A stretch of DNA of 42,474 nucleotides from assembly GCA_963760615.1 (NCBI GenBank), contig CAVXDX010000005.1, positions 1 through 42,474 on the forward strand, in the 5' to 3' direction. Shown one piece after another: positions 34,275 through 42,474 of the stretch (positions are counted from its first letter, which is position 1; each line of letters begins with the position of its first letter). The notes beneath the pieces were generated by a model. The model did not search any database. It saw only the letters and a list, made by a program, of their open reading frames with translations, and was not told the DNA's origin. The position numbers and the translations under genes are program-made. The DNA comes from an uncultured Candidatus Micrarchaeota archaeon (lineage in GTDB: Archaea > Micrarchaeota > Micrarchaeia > Burarchaeales > Fermentimicrarchaeaceae).

Positions 34275-36077
34275 TCACACAACTTCTGAAAGTTCCCTCA
34301 TGTCAACCCTCAGCCTGTGCTCCCTCATTATCTCTTCAATGAGCTCCTTCCCTTTCTTCCCTGCCCTCTTCTTCTCCTCCACAATTTTTCCCAGCTCCTC
34401 CTTGCTCATCTTCTCGAGCTTCAGCTTATCCGCAGCATGAGATACGCTCTCGGTTGGGTTGCTTGAAACATATCTCACTATTTCCGGAATTGCAGCTTTC
34501 ACAAACTTGCCGCACTTGTACTCGATGAACAGCTCCATGAACTTGTTCTCATTGAGGTTCTCAACAGGCGCACCCTCCCTCCTCAAACTTACAATCGTCT
34601 CCTCAAGGGTTGATGCAACAAGCTTTGGCTCAACCTTCAGCTCATTCACAATCTTTTCAAAAAGAGGATAATTCTTCGAAAGCATTATTTTTTCCGCCAG
34701 CTCCTCATTCAGCACTTTCAGAAGCTTCTCCTTCCTCTCCTCAGGCTTCTCGGGCAGCCTTCCCCCGATCTCCTCAATCCATTCTCTGCTTACTGCAACC
34801 GGCGGCACGTCAGTTTCCGGGTACAGCCTGGCGCTTCCCGGCATCGGCCTCATATACATAGTACCGCCGTCTGGAAGAACCCTCCTAACCTCGTTCTGCG
34901 GCCCTTTGAAAGTCTGCAATGCCCTTTCATAAACTGCCTCCAGAGCCCTCTCGCAGGTTTTCCTCTCTCCAGCAACCATAACAAATGCATCGATTTCGTC
35001 TGCCCCAACCCTACTCTTCAGCTCATCTGCGTCTCCCTTGCCTATTGAATATTTCTCAAGATTCTCATCGCTGTGAATTATCCCGCCAACTCCTGCCTTT
35101 GCAACCGCGTAATCGCTAAGCTCTGTTCCAAGCCGCCTGTTCTCGTAAAGCTCCTCTCCAAGAAGGCCTGCAAATCCCTCCAGCTTCATTGCCAGCACGC
35201 ACTCATTTCTTAGAAGCTTTGAAGAAGAGCTTTTGAACAGCTCAGTAACCTCAACCATGCTCGGTTTTTCAAACTTATTTTTCCCGAATCGCTTTTCAAG
35301 CTCCCCCTTTATTCTTAGAAGCTCCTCCTGCCTCTTCACTTCCTTCTCAACAATTGTTTCCACCAAGCCTAGCTCTTGAGCTCCCTTCACCTCAACTCTT
35401 GCACCGCCAGGAATGGAGATATTTATATCCTGCCTTATTGTTCCAATGCCTCTCTGCACCCTTCCTGTTGCTCTGAGAATCATCCCTAGTTTCTCAGCAA
35501 CCTCCCTCGCATGCTTGGCATCCTTTATGTCGGCTGCAGTTGCTATTTCAACAAGCGGTATTCCCAGCCTGTCCAACCTGTAGGTCATCTCGCCGTTCTT
35601 CTCCTCAACTATGCCGGAGCTCTCCTCCTCAATGCATATTGTCTGTATCCCCACTTCTCCCTTGCTTGTCTCCACAGAGCCGTTGCATCCAACTATGGCA
35701 GTCCTCTGGAAGCCGCAGGTGTTGCTCCCGTCTATGACAGTCTTCCTCATCACCTGCACTTCATCAACAACCTTTGCATTGAGAAGAAGGCACACTTCAA
35801 CAACAGTTTCCAGTGCCTCCCTGTTCATATAATGGGGCGGCTCCTCGTCAAGCTCAACCAGACAGGTTGTGCCAGGGAATACCTGGTATCGGTAAACTCT
35901 GTTGCGCGAGTATTCATGCAAAGCTGCCAGGTCAACCTCCCCAAGCTCCCCTGCAACTGCCCTCTGCCTTCTCTCAATAGTTGCAACGGGCTTCTCCTCA
36001 CCTGGCTGTGCAGAGCAACCGCAGAACAGCTTCTTTTCAGTCGCAAGCCTCTGGTGAATTTCAATACCGCATTTCAT
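34275..36077 (-). CDS. gatE: Glu-tRNA(Gln) amidotransferase subunit E
   Basis: GIEIHQRL, KLFC.C, MRKTVIDGSNTCGFQRT, RLDRLGIPLVEIAT, RGIGTIRQD.NISI and MRPMPGSARLYPETDVP. Confidence 0.97.
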   Translation of the reverse strand: MKCGIEIHQRLATEKKLFCGCSAQPGEEKPVATIERRQRAVAGELGEVDLAALHEYSRNRVYRYQVFPGTTCLVELDEEPPHYMNREALETVVEVCLLLNAKVVDEVQVMRKTVIDGSNTCGFQRTAIVGCNGSVETSKGEVGIQTICIEEESSGIVEEKNGEMTYRLDRLGIPLVEIATAADIKDAKHAREVAEKLGMILRATGRVQRGIGTIRQDINISIPGGARVEVKGAQELGLVETIVEKEVKRQEELLRIKGELEKRFGKNKFEKPSMVEVTELFKSSSSKLLRNECVLAMKLEGFAGLLGEELYENRRLGTELSDYAVAKAGVGGIIHSDENLEKYSIGKGDADELKSRVGADEIDAFVMVAGERKTCERALEAVYERALQTFKGPQNEVRRVLPDGGTMYMRPMPGSARLYPETDVPPVAVSREWIEEIGGRLPEKPEERKEKLLKVLNEELAEKIMLSKNYPLFEKIVNELKVEPKLVASTLEETIVSLRREGAPVENLNENKFMELFIEYKCGKFVKAAIPEIVRYVSSNPTESVSHAADKLKLEKMSKEELGKIVEEKKRAGKKGKELIEEIMREHRLRVDMRELSEVV

Positions 36078-37390
36078 TCAAACACCGGAGTCCTCTCATT
36101 CAATTCTCCAGCAATGTTCATGAGCATCATCTTCTTCACTTCCTCCAAATCCTTGCTGTGAGCCAGCACATGCATAAGCTTTACATAGGCAACCTCTGAG
36201 AGCATGTCGCCGCAGAATATGGCGCCCGCCTCATACTCCTTCCTCAGGTTTGCGTACACGAATTCATGCACCCTGCCGAATATGCACTGGGAGGTTATAC
36301 ACACCGGTATGCCCGCCTTCGTTGCCTCTCTCATCTTCGGGATGAGTGAATAACTCTCAATTGCAGTGGGGACGTGCCCCAGGCCGGTTCCCTCAATTAC
36401 AATTCCCTTGAATTTCTTCCCAAGATAGAAATCAAATATTTCTGGGTCCATGCCAGGGTAGGTTTTTATCAGCGCAACCTTCTCCTCAAGCTTGTCATCA
36501 AGTGTAACCTCGCTCCCACCTCTCTTCCTGTAGTTGCTGTTTATGACTTCAATCTTCCCATTGGGGAATACCTTTGCAAGAGGCTCGTCATTCACGCTCT
36601 TGAATGCATCCCTCTTTGAAGTGTGCAGCTTCCTCACCTTTGTCCCCCTATGAGCATAGCAGAAGTCATCACTGGATGAGCCGTGCATCACAAGGGAAAC
36701 TTCGGCAACATCGGAGTTTGAAGCAAAATGCGCTGCGCACAGCATATTTACGAAAGAGTCGCTGGAGCCCCTGTCGCTTGACCTCTGGGAGCCGGTGAAA
36801 ACAACGGGCTTGTTCAAATCCTTCAGCATGAAGCTCAGTGCGGCTGTTGAGAAGTGCATTATATCCGTCCCGTGCGTCACAACAACTCCGCTTGCATCAG
36901 TTTTGAGCTCCTTGAAAACTGCTTTTGCCATCTCCCTCCAGTGCTCGACTCTCATGTCCTCGCTCATCATGCTGAAAAGCAGTTTAGAGTTGATGTTGAA
37001 CTCTCCAAGCTCAGGCACCGTCTTTACAAGGTCAGAGGCGCTGTACGAAGCATGCACCCCACCTGTTGTATAATCGACTCTAGATGCAACTGTGCCTCCG
37101 GTGCTGATTATTGAAACCGTGGGCTTACCCGCAGCATGCTTCACCTTCTCTTCGCTGCTCTTGAAGCCTATCTTCCTGTGCCCTTCAAGCTTCTCAAGCT
37201 CTGCCCCCTCGAAATTCAATCCCACTGAGTAACCGTTTGAGAGCTTCACAACAATCGCATTTGGGTCGCCAAGCTCTTGTTTGGGCATGAAAATTCCTTC
37301 GTAGACTTCCCCTTTGCTCTTCACTCTGACTCCGTCTCCAATTTCAATTCCCAGTTCCTTCAGCTTCTCTTGAATCTTTTTTGAATACAT
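36074..37390 (-). CDS. gatD: Glu-tRNA(Gln) amidotransferase subunit D
   Basis: STGGTVASRVDY, HGTD, GSQRSSDRGSSD, RKLHTSKRDAF and GTGLGH motifs; ATGA overlap with gatE. Confidence 0.97.
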   Translation of the reverse strand: MYSKKIQEKLKELGIEIGDGVRVKSKGEVYEGIFMPKQELGDPNAIVVKLSNGYSVGLNFEGAELEKLEGHRKIGFKSSEEKVKHAAGKPTVSIISTGGTVASRVDYTTGGVHASYSASDLVKTVPELGEFNINSKLLFSMMSEDMRVEHWREMAKAVFKELKTDASGVVVTHGTDIMHFSTAALSFMLKDLNKPVVFTGSQRSSDRGSSDSFVNMLCAAHFASNSDVAEVSLVMHGSSSDDFCYAHRGTKVRKLHTSKRDAFKSVNDEPLAKVFPNGKIEVINSNYRKRGGSEVTLDDKLEEKVALIKTYPGMDPEIFDFYLGKKFKGIVIEGTGLGHVPTAIESYSLIPKMREATKAGIPVCITSQCIFGRVHEFVYANLRKEYEAGAIFCGDMLSEVAYVKLMHVLAHSKDLEEVKKMMLMNIAGELNERTPVFE

Positions 37391-37416
37391 ACCATCACCT
37401 TTTACTTTTCTTATTA

Positions 37417-37860
37417 TTATAACTCCTCCTTAACGCTTGAGAAGCATGTGAGCGTGACAGTCCTGCCAACACCGTCTATCTCTCTCAGCTTGTCAACCAC
37501 CAGCTTGCCGATTCCCTCAACAGAATCCGCCCTCACCTTGAGAAGCAGGTCCCAGTCTCCCGCGAGAATGTGCACCTCATAAACCTCATCAAGCTTCGCA
37601 AGCCTCTCAGCAAGCTTTCTTTGCGTCACCTCCTGGTGCGGATCATACGAAACAAGCACGAAAGCAGTTGTCGGCCTGCCTATCTTTGAGTTATCCAGAA
37701 CAATCGTGAAGCGCTTTATGACTCCCCTCTCCTTCAGTTTCCTTATCCTCTCGTGAACAGTCACCCTCGGCAGACCTGTTTTTCTGGCTATATCTACAGT
37801 TGACATTCTGGAGTCCTTCTTGAGCTCCTCAAGTATAAGTTCGTCTTTCTCATCGACCAT
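37417..37860 (-). CDS. Lrp/AsnC family transcriptional regulator
   Basis: wHTH (DEKDELILEELKKDSR...TVHERIRKLKERGVIKRFT) plus RAM domain (EVHILAGDWDLLLKV). Confidence 0.95.
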   Translation of the reverse strand: MVDEKDELILEELKKDSRMSTVDIARKTGLPRVTVHERIRKLKERGVIKRFTIVLDNSKIGRPTTAFVLVSYDPHQEVTQRKLAERLAKLDEVYEVHILAGDWDLLLKVRADSVEGIGKLVVDKLREIDGVGRTVTLTCFSSVKEEL

Positions 37861-37861
37861 G

Positions 37862-37876
37862 CTGACATTTTGTCGG
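37862..37876. promoter_or_regulatory. Candidate Lrp operator: imperfect palindrome CTGACA-TTT-TGTCGG
   Basis: 5 of 6 bp inverted repeat with an AT centre, between the TTTATAAA box (37883-37890) and the lrp ATG. A second CTGACA half-site is at 37923-37928. Confidence 0.5.
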
Positions 37877-37978
37877 TTTTTATTTATAAATATATCTATT
37901 TATCTACAATATGCCAATTTTTCTGACATAATCATTTTATTCAAGGCCAGAGCAAGGAACTTGAGGTGATTGAAATGG

Positions 37979-38965
37979 GTGATATGCGGAACGATTGGAG
38001 AAGACTTTGCAGCAAAGTTTGAGATACCGAAACCTCTCGAGCAGCTGCAGGAAAGCGAGATTGAGAGGAGATACCACATCGGTGGGGTTATGACAGACGT
38101 GCTGGATTACCTCACCGACCGGTTTGTTGATTGCGGGTTTACGTGGTCCCTTCCAGTGGTGTTCTCGGAGTCAACAGACCCGCTCTGGCCAGATCCCGGA
38201 GAATCTATTGAGAAGCGCATTGCCGTGGAGATATACGGCAAAACCGTGAGGACAACGACAAGCATGATAATCCACAAAATAGTGGCATGCTCCCTGCTGT
38301 ACCCAAGGCTGTTCATACTCTCCCCAAACGTGAGAATTGAGAAAAGGGAAAGAGCCCAGACCGGGAGGCATGTGTATGAGTTCACCCAGCTCGACTTCGA
38401 GGTGAGGGATGCTTCTTCGAAAGACATACGCGACCTTGTTGAGGGAGCAATCTGCGGTCTAATCCAGGACTTGAAGACGGATGGGGTTGAGGAGCTGGCG
38501 CACCTAGGGAGGCATGGCGCTCTGAAGACTCCAGAAGCACCATTCAGGGTTTATGACAAAGGGGAGCTTGAGGAGAAGCATGGAAAGGATTGGGAGCGGC
38601 GTCTGATGCTTGAAATAACCGATCCTGTTTGGGTCACGAGCATCCCGAGGGAGTTCTACGACTTTGAGGATTTTGAAACTGGAAAGTGGGACAACTACGA
38701 TTTGATACTCCCACAATACGGGGAAGTGCTGTCGGGAGCGAAGAGGGAGTGGGAGTACGAAAAAATCCTCAAGAAGATGGAGAGGGATGGCATCAAGAAG
38801 GAGCACTACAGCCTGCTCCTGAAGCTTGCGAAGGAGGGCAGGCTTAAGCCATCGGCAGGTGGAGGCATAGGGGTGGAGAGGCTTGTGGGCTGGATAGTTG
38901 GAGCCCGGCATCTGGGAGAAACCCAGATTTTTCCAAAGATACCAGGGGTGGTTTATGATTTGTAA
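37979..38965 (+). CDS. asnA: Archaeal asparagine synthetase A (AspRS-like catalytic domain, no anticodon-binding domain)
   Basis: TDPLWPDP, ILSPNVRIE...GRH.YEFTQLDFE, GEVLSGAKRE and PSAGGGIGVERLV. Start is uncertain (TTG 37970 or GTG 37979). Confidence 0.9.
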   Translation: MICGTIGEDFAAKFEIPKPLEQLQESEIERRYHIGGVMTDVLDYLTDRFVDCGFTWSLPVVFSESTDPLWPDPGESIEKRIAVEIYGKTVRTTTSMIIHKIVACSLLYPRLFILSPNVRIEKRERAQTGRHVYEFTQLDFEVRDASSKDIRDLVEGAICGLIQDLKTDGVEELAHLGRHGALKTPEAPFRVYDKGELEEKHGKDWERRLMLEITDPVWVTSIPREFYDFEDFETGKWDNYDLILPQYGEVLSGAKREWEYEKILKKMERDGIKKEHYSLLLKLAKEGRLKPSAGGGIGVERLVGWIVGARHLGETQIFPKIPGVVYDL

Positions 38966-39016
38966 AAACAGATGAGCTGAGAATATTTTTAAGACATAGC
39001 CTGTAAATACTAGCTT

Positions 39017-39748
39017 ATGAGCCTCAAGAACTTCGCCCTTGACTCGCTCGGTTTCATGGGCTTTGATCTGACTCTGAGGAAAAGGGCGGAGTTTCTGAAG
39101 AATATTAGAAACTCTTATGTGCTGGATGTCGGGTGCGGGAGCAACGCCTACCTGTCTTTTTTAATGAGCAGGCAGGGTAACCGAGTGTTCGGAGTCGACA
39201 TAAATGAGGGCGCAATAAAGAGCGCAAGAGGACGCTCTGCAGGTAAGGGAAGAGTGGAGTTCAGAGTAATGGAAGTGAAGAACCTGGACTCGCTTGGCGA
39301 AAAGTTCGACTGCGTTGTCTGCATGGAGGTAATTGAACACATAAAGGATGATGAAAAGCTTCTAAGAGATTTGTGCTCGGTGCTTAAGAAAGGCGGGTTG
39401 CTTGTGCTCAGCACGATGAACAAAGATTCCTGGTTCTCAAAAAAATACCCAGACAGCATCTCCAAAGAGGAAGATGGTGGGCATGTGCGGCTGGGTTACG
39501 GTAAAACGGAGCTTGAGGAGAAACTGAAGAGAAACGGATTTGCTGTGGAACAAAGCGCTTCATGCATCGGCGTGATAACCCAGAGAATCCTTGCGCTGGA
39601 GTACAGACTGAGGAAGCCAAAGCCGCTTGCGTACAATACGGTCTTCAGGGCCTTCATATTCCCATTTCTCTATTCAATAACGCTGTTTGACGGCTCCAGG
39701 AACAACCCAGAAGATCTTACTCTTGTTGTGAGGGCGAGGAAGAAATAA
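39017..39748 (+). CDS. Class I SAM-dependent methyltransferase
   Basis: VLDVGCG, GVDIN, FDCVVCMEVIEHI and LKKGGLLVLST; H.R.GY motif near the end. Confidence 0.9.
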   Translation: MSLKNFALDSLGFMGFDLTLRKRAEFLKNIRNSYVLDVGCGSNAYLSFLMSRQGNRVFGVDINEGAIKSARGRSAGKGRVEFRVMEVKNLDSLGEKFDCVVCMEVIEHIKDDEKLLRDLCSVLKKGGLLVLSTMNKDSWFSKKYPDSISKEEDGGHVRLGYGKTELEEKLKRNGFAVEQSASCIGVITQRILALEYRLRKPKPLAYNTVFRAFIFPFLYSITLFDGSRNNPEDLTLVVRARKK

Positions 39749-41353
39749 TCAAAACAACTTTGAAACATAAGGGCCGTCCCTCTTGTAGCCCAGCTTTGTG
39801 TAATACTCCCTCGCTCCAACCCCACTTATCACCGCAAGCTTCCTGCAGTCAAACTCCTCCTCTGCTACCCTCTCCGCCTCCTCCAGCAGTCTCCTGCCGA
39901 AGTTCATATGCTGAAACTCCCTGATTCTTTTCTCTCCCACAGGCAGCATCTCTCCATAAACATGCAGCTCCCTTACCCCCCCTGCATTTTTCAGCTCTTT
40001 TCTGTGCGCTTTTTCGGAAGGAATTCTCAGCCTCAGGAACCCTATCAGTGCATCGTGCTTCATCTCATCAAAGCTCAGGAATATTTCTTTTCCTCCGGAA
40101 GCATCATAATCAAATCTGTTGAGCCTCACGCCCCTCATGTCAGGCTTCACCCCATCCTTTGAAATCCTGTAGCCTATCTCCCTACAGCGTATGCACTGGC
40201 AGCTCCTTCCCTGCTCAGAAAGCTTGCTCTCAACAATCTGCCTGAGATTGCTCTTCTTGACTCCGTCAGTAATGAGGTATGATGGTATATCCCTCTGCAC
40301 CCTCATCACGCGGACATAGCGCGGAACAAACCTCATCGCATCTGCAATCACATCTGCAGCCTCCTCGGCAGAATAAGGTTTGAATTCGCCTTTCTTCCAC
40401 AAGTCATACAGCTTCGTCCCTTCCATCACAAGGCACGGGTATATTTTCAGCATGTCCGGTCTGAATCTTTCATCCTCAAAAAGCATCCTGAAGTTGTTGA
40501 CGTCATCCTTCTTGCTTGCGAACAGACCCGGCATCATATGGTAAAGCACTTTCAGGAGCGAATCCTTGCAGACCTGTGTTGCCTTTACAACCTCCTTCAC
40601 TCCATGCCCCCTCTTAACTTTCTGGTAAACTTTATCGCTCAGAGTCTGCACCCCAAGCTCAATCCTTGTCGCTCCGAAGCGCAGCAGCTCATCAACCTCT
40701 TTCTCCTGAGCCCAGTCTGGTCTGGTTTCTATGGTCAGGCCGACAACCCTCCTCTTTGCTCTCTCGTTTGCAAGCTGCGCCTCCTCAAGTTTTTTTGAAT
40801 CAAATCCATTCATTGCATCAAAGCATCTCTTGACAAACCACTCCTGGTACTTCTCAGGCATGTAGTTGAAAGTCCCGCCCATTATGATAAGCTCGCACTT
40901 GCTCACCCTATGCCCTATCTCCTCAAGCTGCCTCACCCTTGAATTCACCTGCCTGAATGGGTCATAGTCATTCTGTATTGCTCTCATTGCTGCAGGCTCC
41001 CTCCCGGTATAGCTCTTTGGAGCATTCTCACCCCTTGGGCAGTAGATGCACTTTCCAGGGCACTCTCCCTTCGTCATCACCGCTATGACATTCACTCCAG
41101 AAACAGTTCTCATCGGCCTTATCCTCAGCAGCTCAACAACTTTTCCCGTTCTTCGTTTTTCAGGTATCCTCTCCAGTACTGCAGAGTTTCTAACCACCCC
41201 GGCCATGCCACACCTCTCGCTGGCTCTTGCCTTGGCTTCCCACAGCTCGGCTCTGTCTCTAATCTTCCCTTCAAGGATCAGCCCAGCGACTTCCTCTCCT
41301 GCTTTTTTAATGCTGCCGCTACTTTTTTTGCACTTCAAAATTCGTTTTTCCAT
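39749..41353 (-). CDS. elp3: Elp3 tRNA uridine(34) acetyltransferase (radical SAM plus KAT domain)
   Basis: CPGKCIYCP (CxxxCxxC), PKSYTG.EPAAMRA, IIMGGTF, ETRPD, ELGVQ, RVQRDIP, RELHVYG and VISGVGAREYY. Confidence 0.97.
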   Translation of the reverse strand: MEKRILKCKKSSGSIKKAGEEVAGLILEGKIRDRAELWEAKARASERCGMAGVVRNSAVLERIPEKRRTGKVVELLRIRPMRTVSGVNVIAVMTKGECPGKCIYCPRGENAPKSYTGREPAAMRAIQNDYDPFRQVNSRVRQLEEIGHRVSKCELIIMGGTFNYMPEKYQEWFVKRCFDAMNGFDSKKLEEAQLANERAKRRVVGLTIETRPDWAQEKEVDELLRFGATRIELGVQTLSDKVYQKVKRGHGVKEVVKATQVCKDSLLKVLYHMMPGLFASKKDDVNNFRMLFEDERFRPDMLKIYPCLVMEGTKLYDLWKKGEFKPYSAEEAADVIADAMRFVPRYVRVMRVQRDIPSYLITDGVKKSNLRQIVESKLSEQGRSCQCIRCREIGYRISKDGVKPDMRGVRLNRFDYDASGGKEIFLSFDEMKHDALIGFLRLRIPSEKAHRKELKNAGGVRELHVYGEMLPVGEKRIREFQHMNFGRRLLEEAERVAEEEFDCRKLAVISGVGAREYYTKLGYKRDGPYVSKLF

Positions 41354-41361
41354 CTCACTAC

Positions 41362-42195
41362 CTAGAGCACAAGTTTTGAAAGGAAAGCTATGAGTGAGTA
41401 GATTGAGTTCTCTATGAGCGGGAATACCAGCAGACCGTGGGCAGTCGCCTTATAATCAGATATAAGGGATGGCCTTGCTATAAGTCTCACCTTAAACTCT
41501 TTACTTATCTGGTCGCTTGAGAGCGAAGTCACGTTCAGGTATATCTCCGTGTCTGTCTGCTCATTGCTCACAACTTCGTATGGAATAGTCTTACGCGCGG
41601 GCAGCGTTACCTGAACTGCGTGCGGAGCCAGCACATCCTTCCTGAACCTCCAAGCAGGTAGTCCTCTTGATGTTATGCTGAATGTATCGCTTGCAGCTCC
41701 AGCATTGTCTATGTCAATATAATAAATTGCAGGCTCACCCACTCCAGTTTCAACCTCTCTTGGCGTCACATCTATGGTGAAGACATCCTTGCTGACGTTA
41801 AGTGATATATCTATTGTTATATTGCCAAGCCCTTTCATATTGCCCTCGTCCTCGGCAACAGCCTTGAATGTGTATGCCCCGTCTGCCGCATTGGGCGCTA
41901 TTTTTATCTTAGCCTTCATGGGAGTTTCGTACCAAGGACTATCCTCAGTAGCCCATCCAGGGGGCACATCTATAATTCTCAGCCTGTCCCACCCAGGGTC
42001 GTGCATATTATTGTCAGGCCCTACGGTAGCCCTCTCCGCAACAATATAGACAGTCTGCCCAGGGCCTGCAACTCCTATGTTCAGCGGAGTTGAATTTTCT
42101 ACCATGCCCTTTGACTCGATAGGCTCGTCGATATTAAGATAGGTGGCGTTCGCTGTCACTATAAGCAGAATGAGCACTCCCAGTAGTTTCTTCAT
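41362..42195 (-). CDS. Predicted secreted, C-terminally anchored beta-rich protein
   Basis: N-terminal signal-like MKKLLGVLILLIVTANA, beta-strand-rich body (IYYIDIDNAGAASDTFSIT) and hydrophobic C-terminus. Confidence 0.7.
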   Translation of the reverse strand: MKKLLGVLILLIVTANATYLNIDEPIESKGMVENSTPLNIGVAGPGQTVYIVAERATVGPDNNMHDPGWDRLRIIDVPPGWATEDSPWYETPMKAKIKIAPNAADGAYTFKAVAEDEGNMKGLGNITIDISLNVSKDVFTIDVTPREVETGVGEPAIYYIDIDNAGAASDTFSITSRGLPAWRFRKDVLAPHAVQVTLPARKTIPYEVVSNEQTDTEIYLNVTSLSSDQISKEFKVRLIARPSLISDYKATAHGLLVFPLIENSIYSLIAFLSKLVL

Positions 42196-42232
42196 ACGAA
42201 CCGCAAAAATATCTCATCAGCCCAATAAAAAT

Positions 42233-42474
42233 CTATCTCTTTTTGAGGAGATTTCTAAGTAGTTTTCCCGCTTCCCTCTTCATCTCACCCTTAGAGCCTG
42301 TGTTAACGACCAGGTAGTCAGAAAACGCAAATGAGTCTGCAACACCCCAGCCGAGCTCCTTCTCGTCAGCCCAAACAAACTCCTCCCAACTCTTCGGGTC
42401 CTCAGGCAGGTTCCTCTTCATAACCCTATCAAACCTCATCTTCTGGGGTGCAAAAACTCCTATAGTGTGCTGTG
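42233..42474 (-). CDS. Dephospho-CoA kinase-like nucleotide kinase, C-terminal part (5' end outside the window)
   Basis: Frame is open to the window edge: QHTIGVFAPQKMRFDRVMKRNLPEDPKSWEEFVWADEKELGWGV...SDYLVVNTGS. This matches the C-terminal pattern of archaeal COG0237-like kinases. Confidence 0.65.
   Translation of the reverse strand, partial: QHTIGVFAPQKMRFDRVMKRNLPEDPKSWEEFVWADEKELGWGVADSFAFSDYLVVNTGSKGEMKREAGKLLRNLLKKR

Noticed and set aside
24900-37390. NurA YP..LIEAD (Asp for His) and GatD HGTDIM variants
   Set aside because: The catalytic acidic, Thr and Lys residues are retained, and these look like ordinary family variation.
39749-39960. Elp3 acetyl-CoA motif reading QHMNFG instead of QHxGxG
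   Set aside because: A single substitution with all other radical SAM and KAT motifs intact; not enough to claim altered function.
1-42474. Genetic code reassignment
   Set aside because: TAA, TAG and TGA all end well-conserved genes at the expected lengths, so standard code 11 fits.

Overview
A gene-dense archaeal chromosome segment. The gene set, GAGGTG-type ribosome-binding sites, TTTAWA boxes and extreme compaction suggest a DPANN lineage such as Micrarchaeota; this is inference, as no search was run. From the left end it carries the conserved archaeal informational superoperon on the minus strand (csl4, rpoL, DUF99, a signal peptidase, PCNA, priL, priS, GINS, rpl44e, rps27e, eIF2-alpha, nop10, PAC2). 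Next come a tandem pair of class III signal-peptide pilins, DUF373, LonB and an aminotransferase. About 13.2-22.6 kb looks like an accessory region: a DUF1998 helicase, a VOC protein, a methyltransferase, a permease, a LigD/Prim-PolC-like primase-polymerase with a small unannotated Zn-finger gene, endonuclease III and several orphans. The right half holds ilvE, pth2, nurA-(Zn-finger/Yip1)-herA-galT, rad50-orphan-minD, a Mut7-C RNase, EF-1beta, tRNA-Arg(GCG), an SPFH plus HPS-like pair, gatDE-Lrp divergent from archaeal asnA, a methyltransferase, elp3, a secreted protein and a partial kinase. Four small genes missing from the ORF track were read by hand (nop10, rps27e and two Zn-finger genes), plus the partial PAC2 gene at the left edge. 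No CRISPR array, transposase, integrase or rRNA was seen. The best leads are the pilin cassette (145-bp identical 5' ends, variable middle, flanking 12-bp inverted repeat), the stand-alone Prim-Pol/Zn-finger/Nth repair module with its neighbours, and the rearranged nurA/herA/rad50 region with membrane and MinD partners. All calls rest on motif recognition by eye. Several start codons were moved from the ORF-track positions using RBS spacing and gene overlap.
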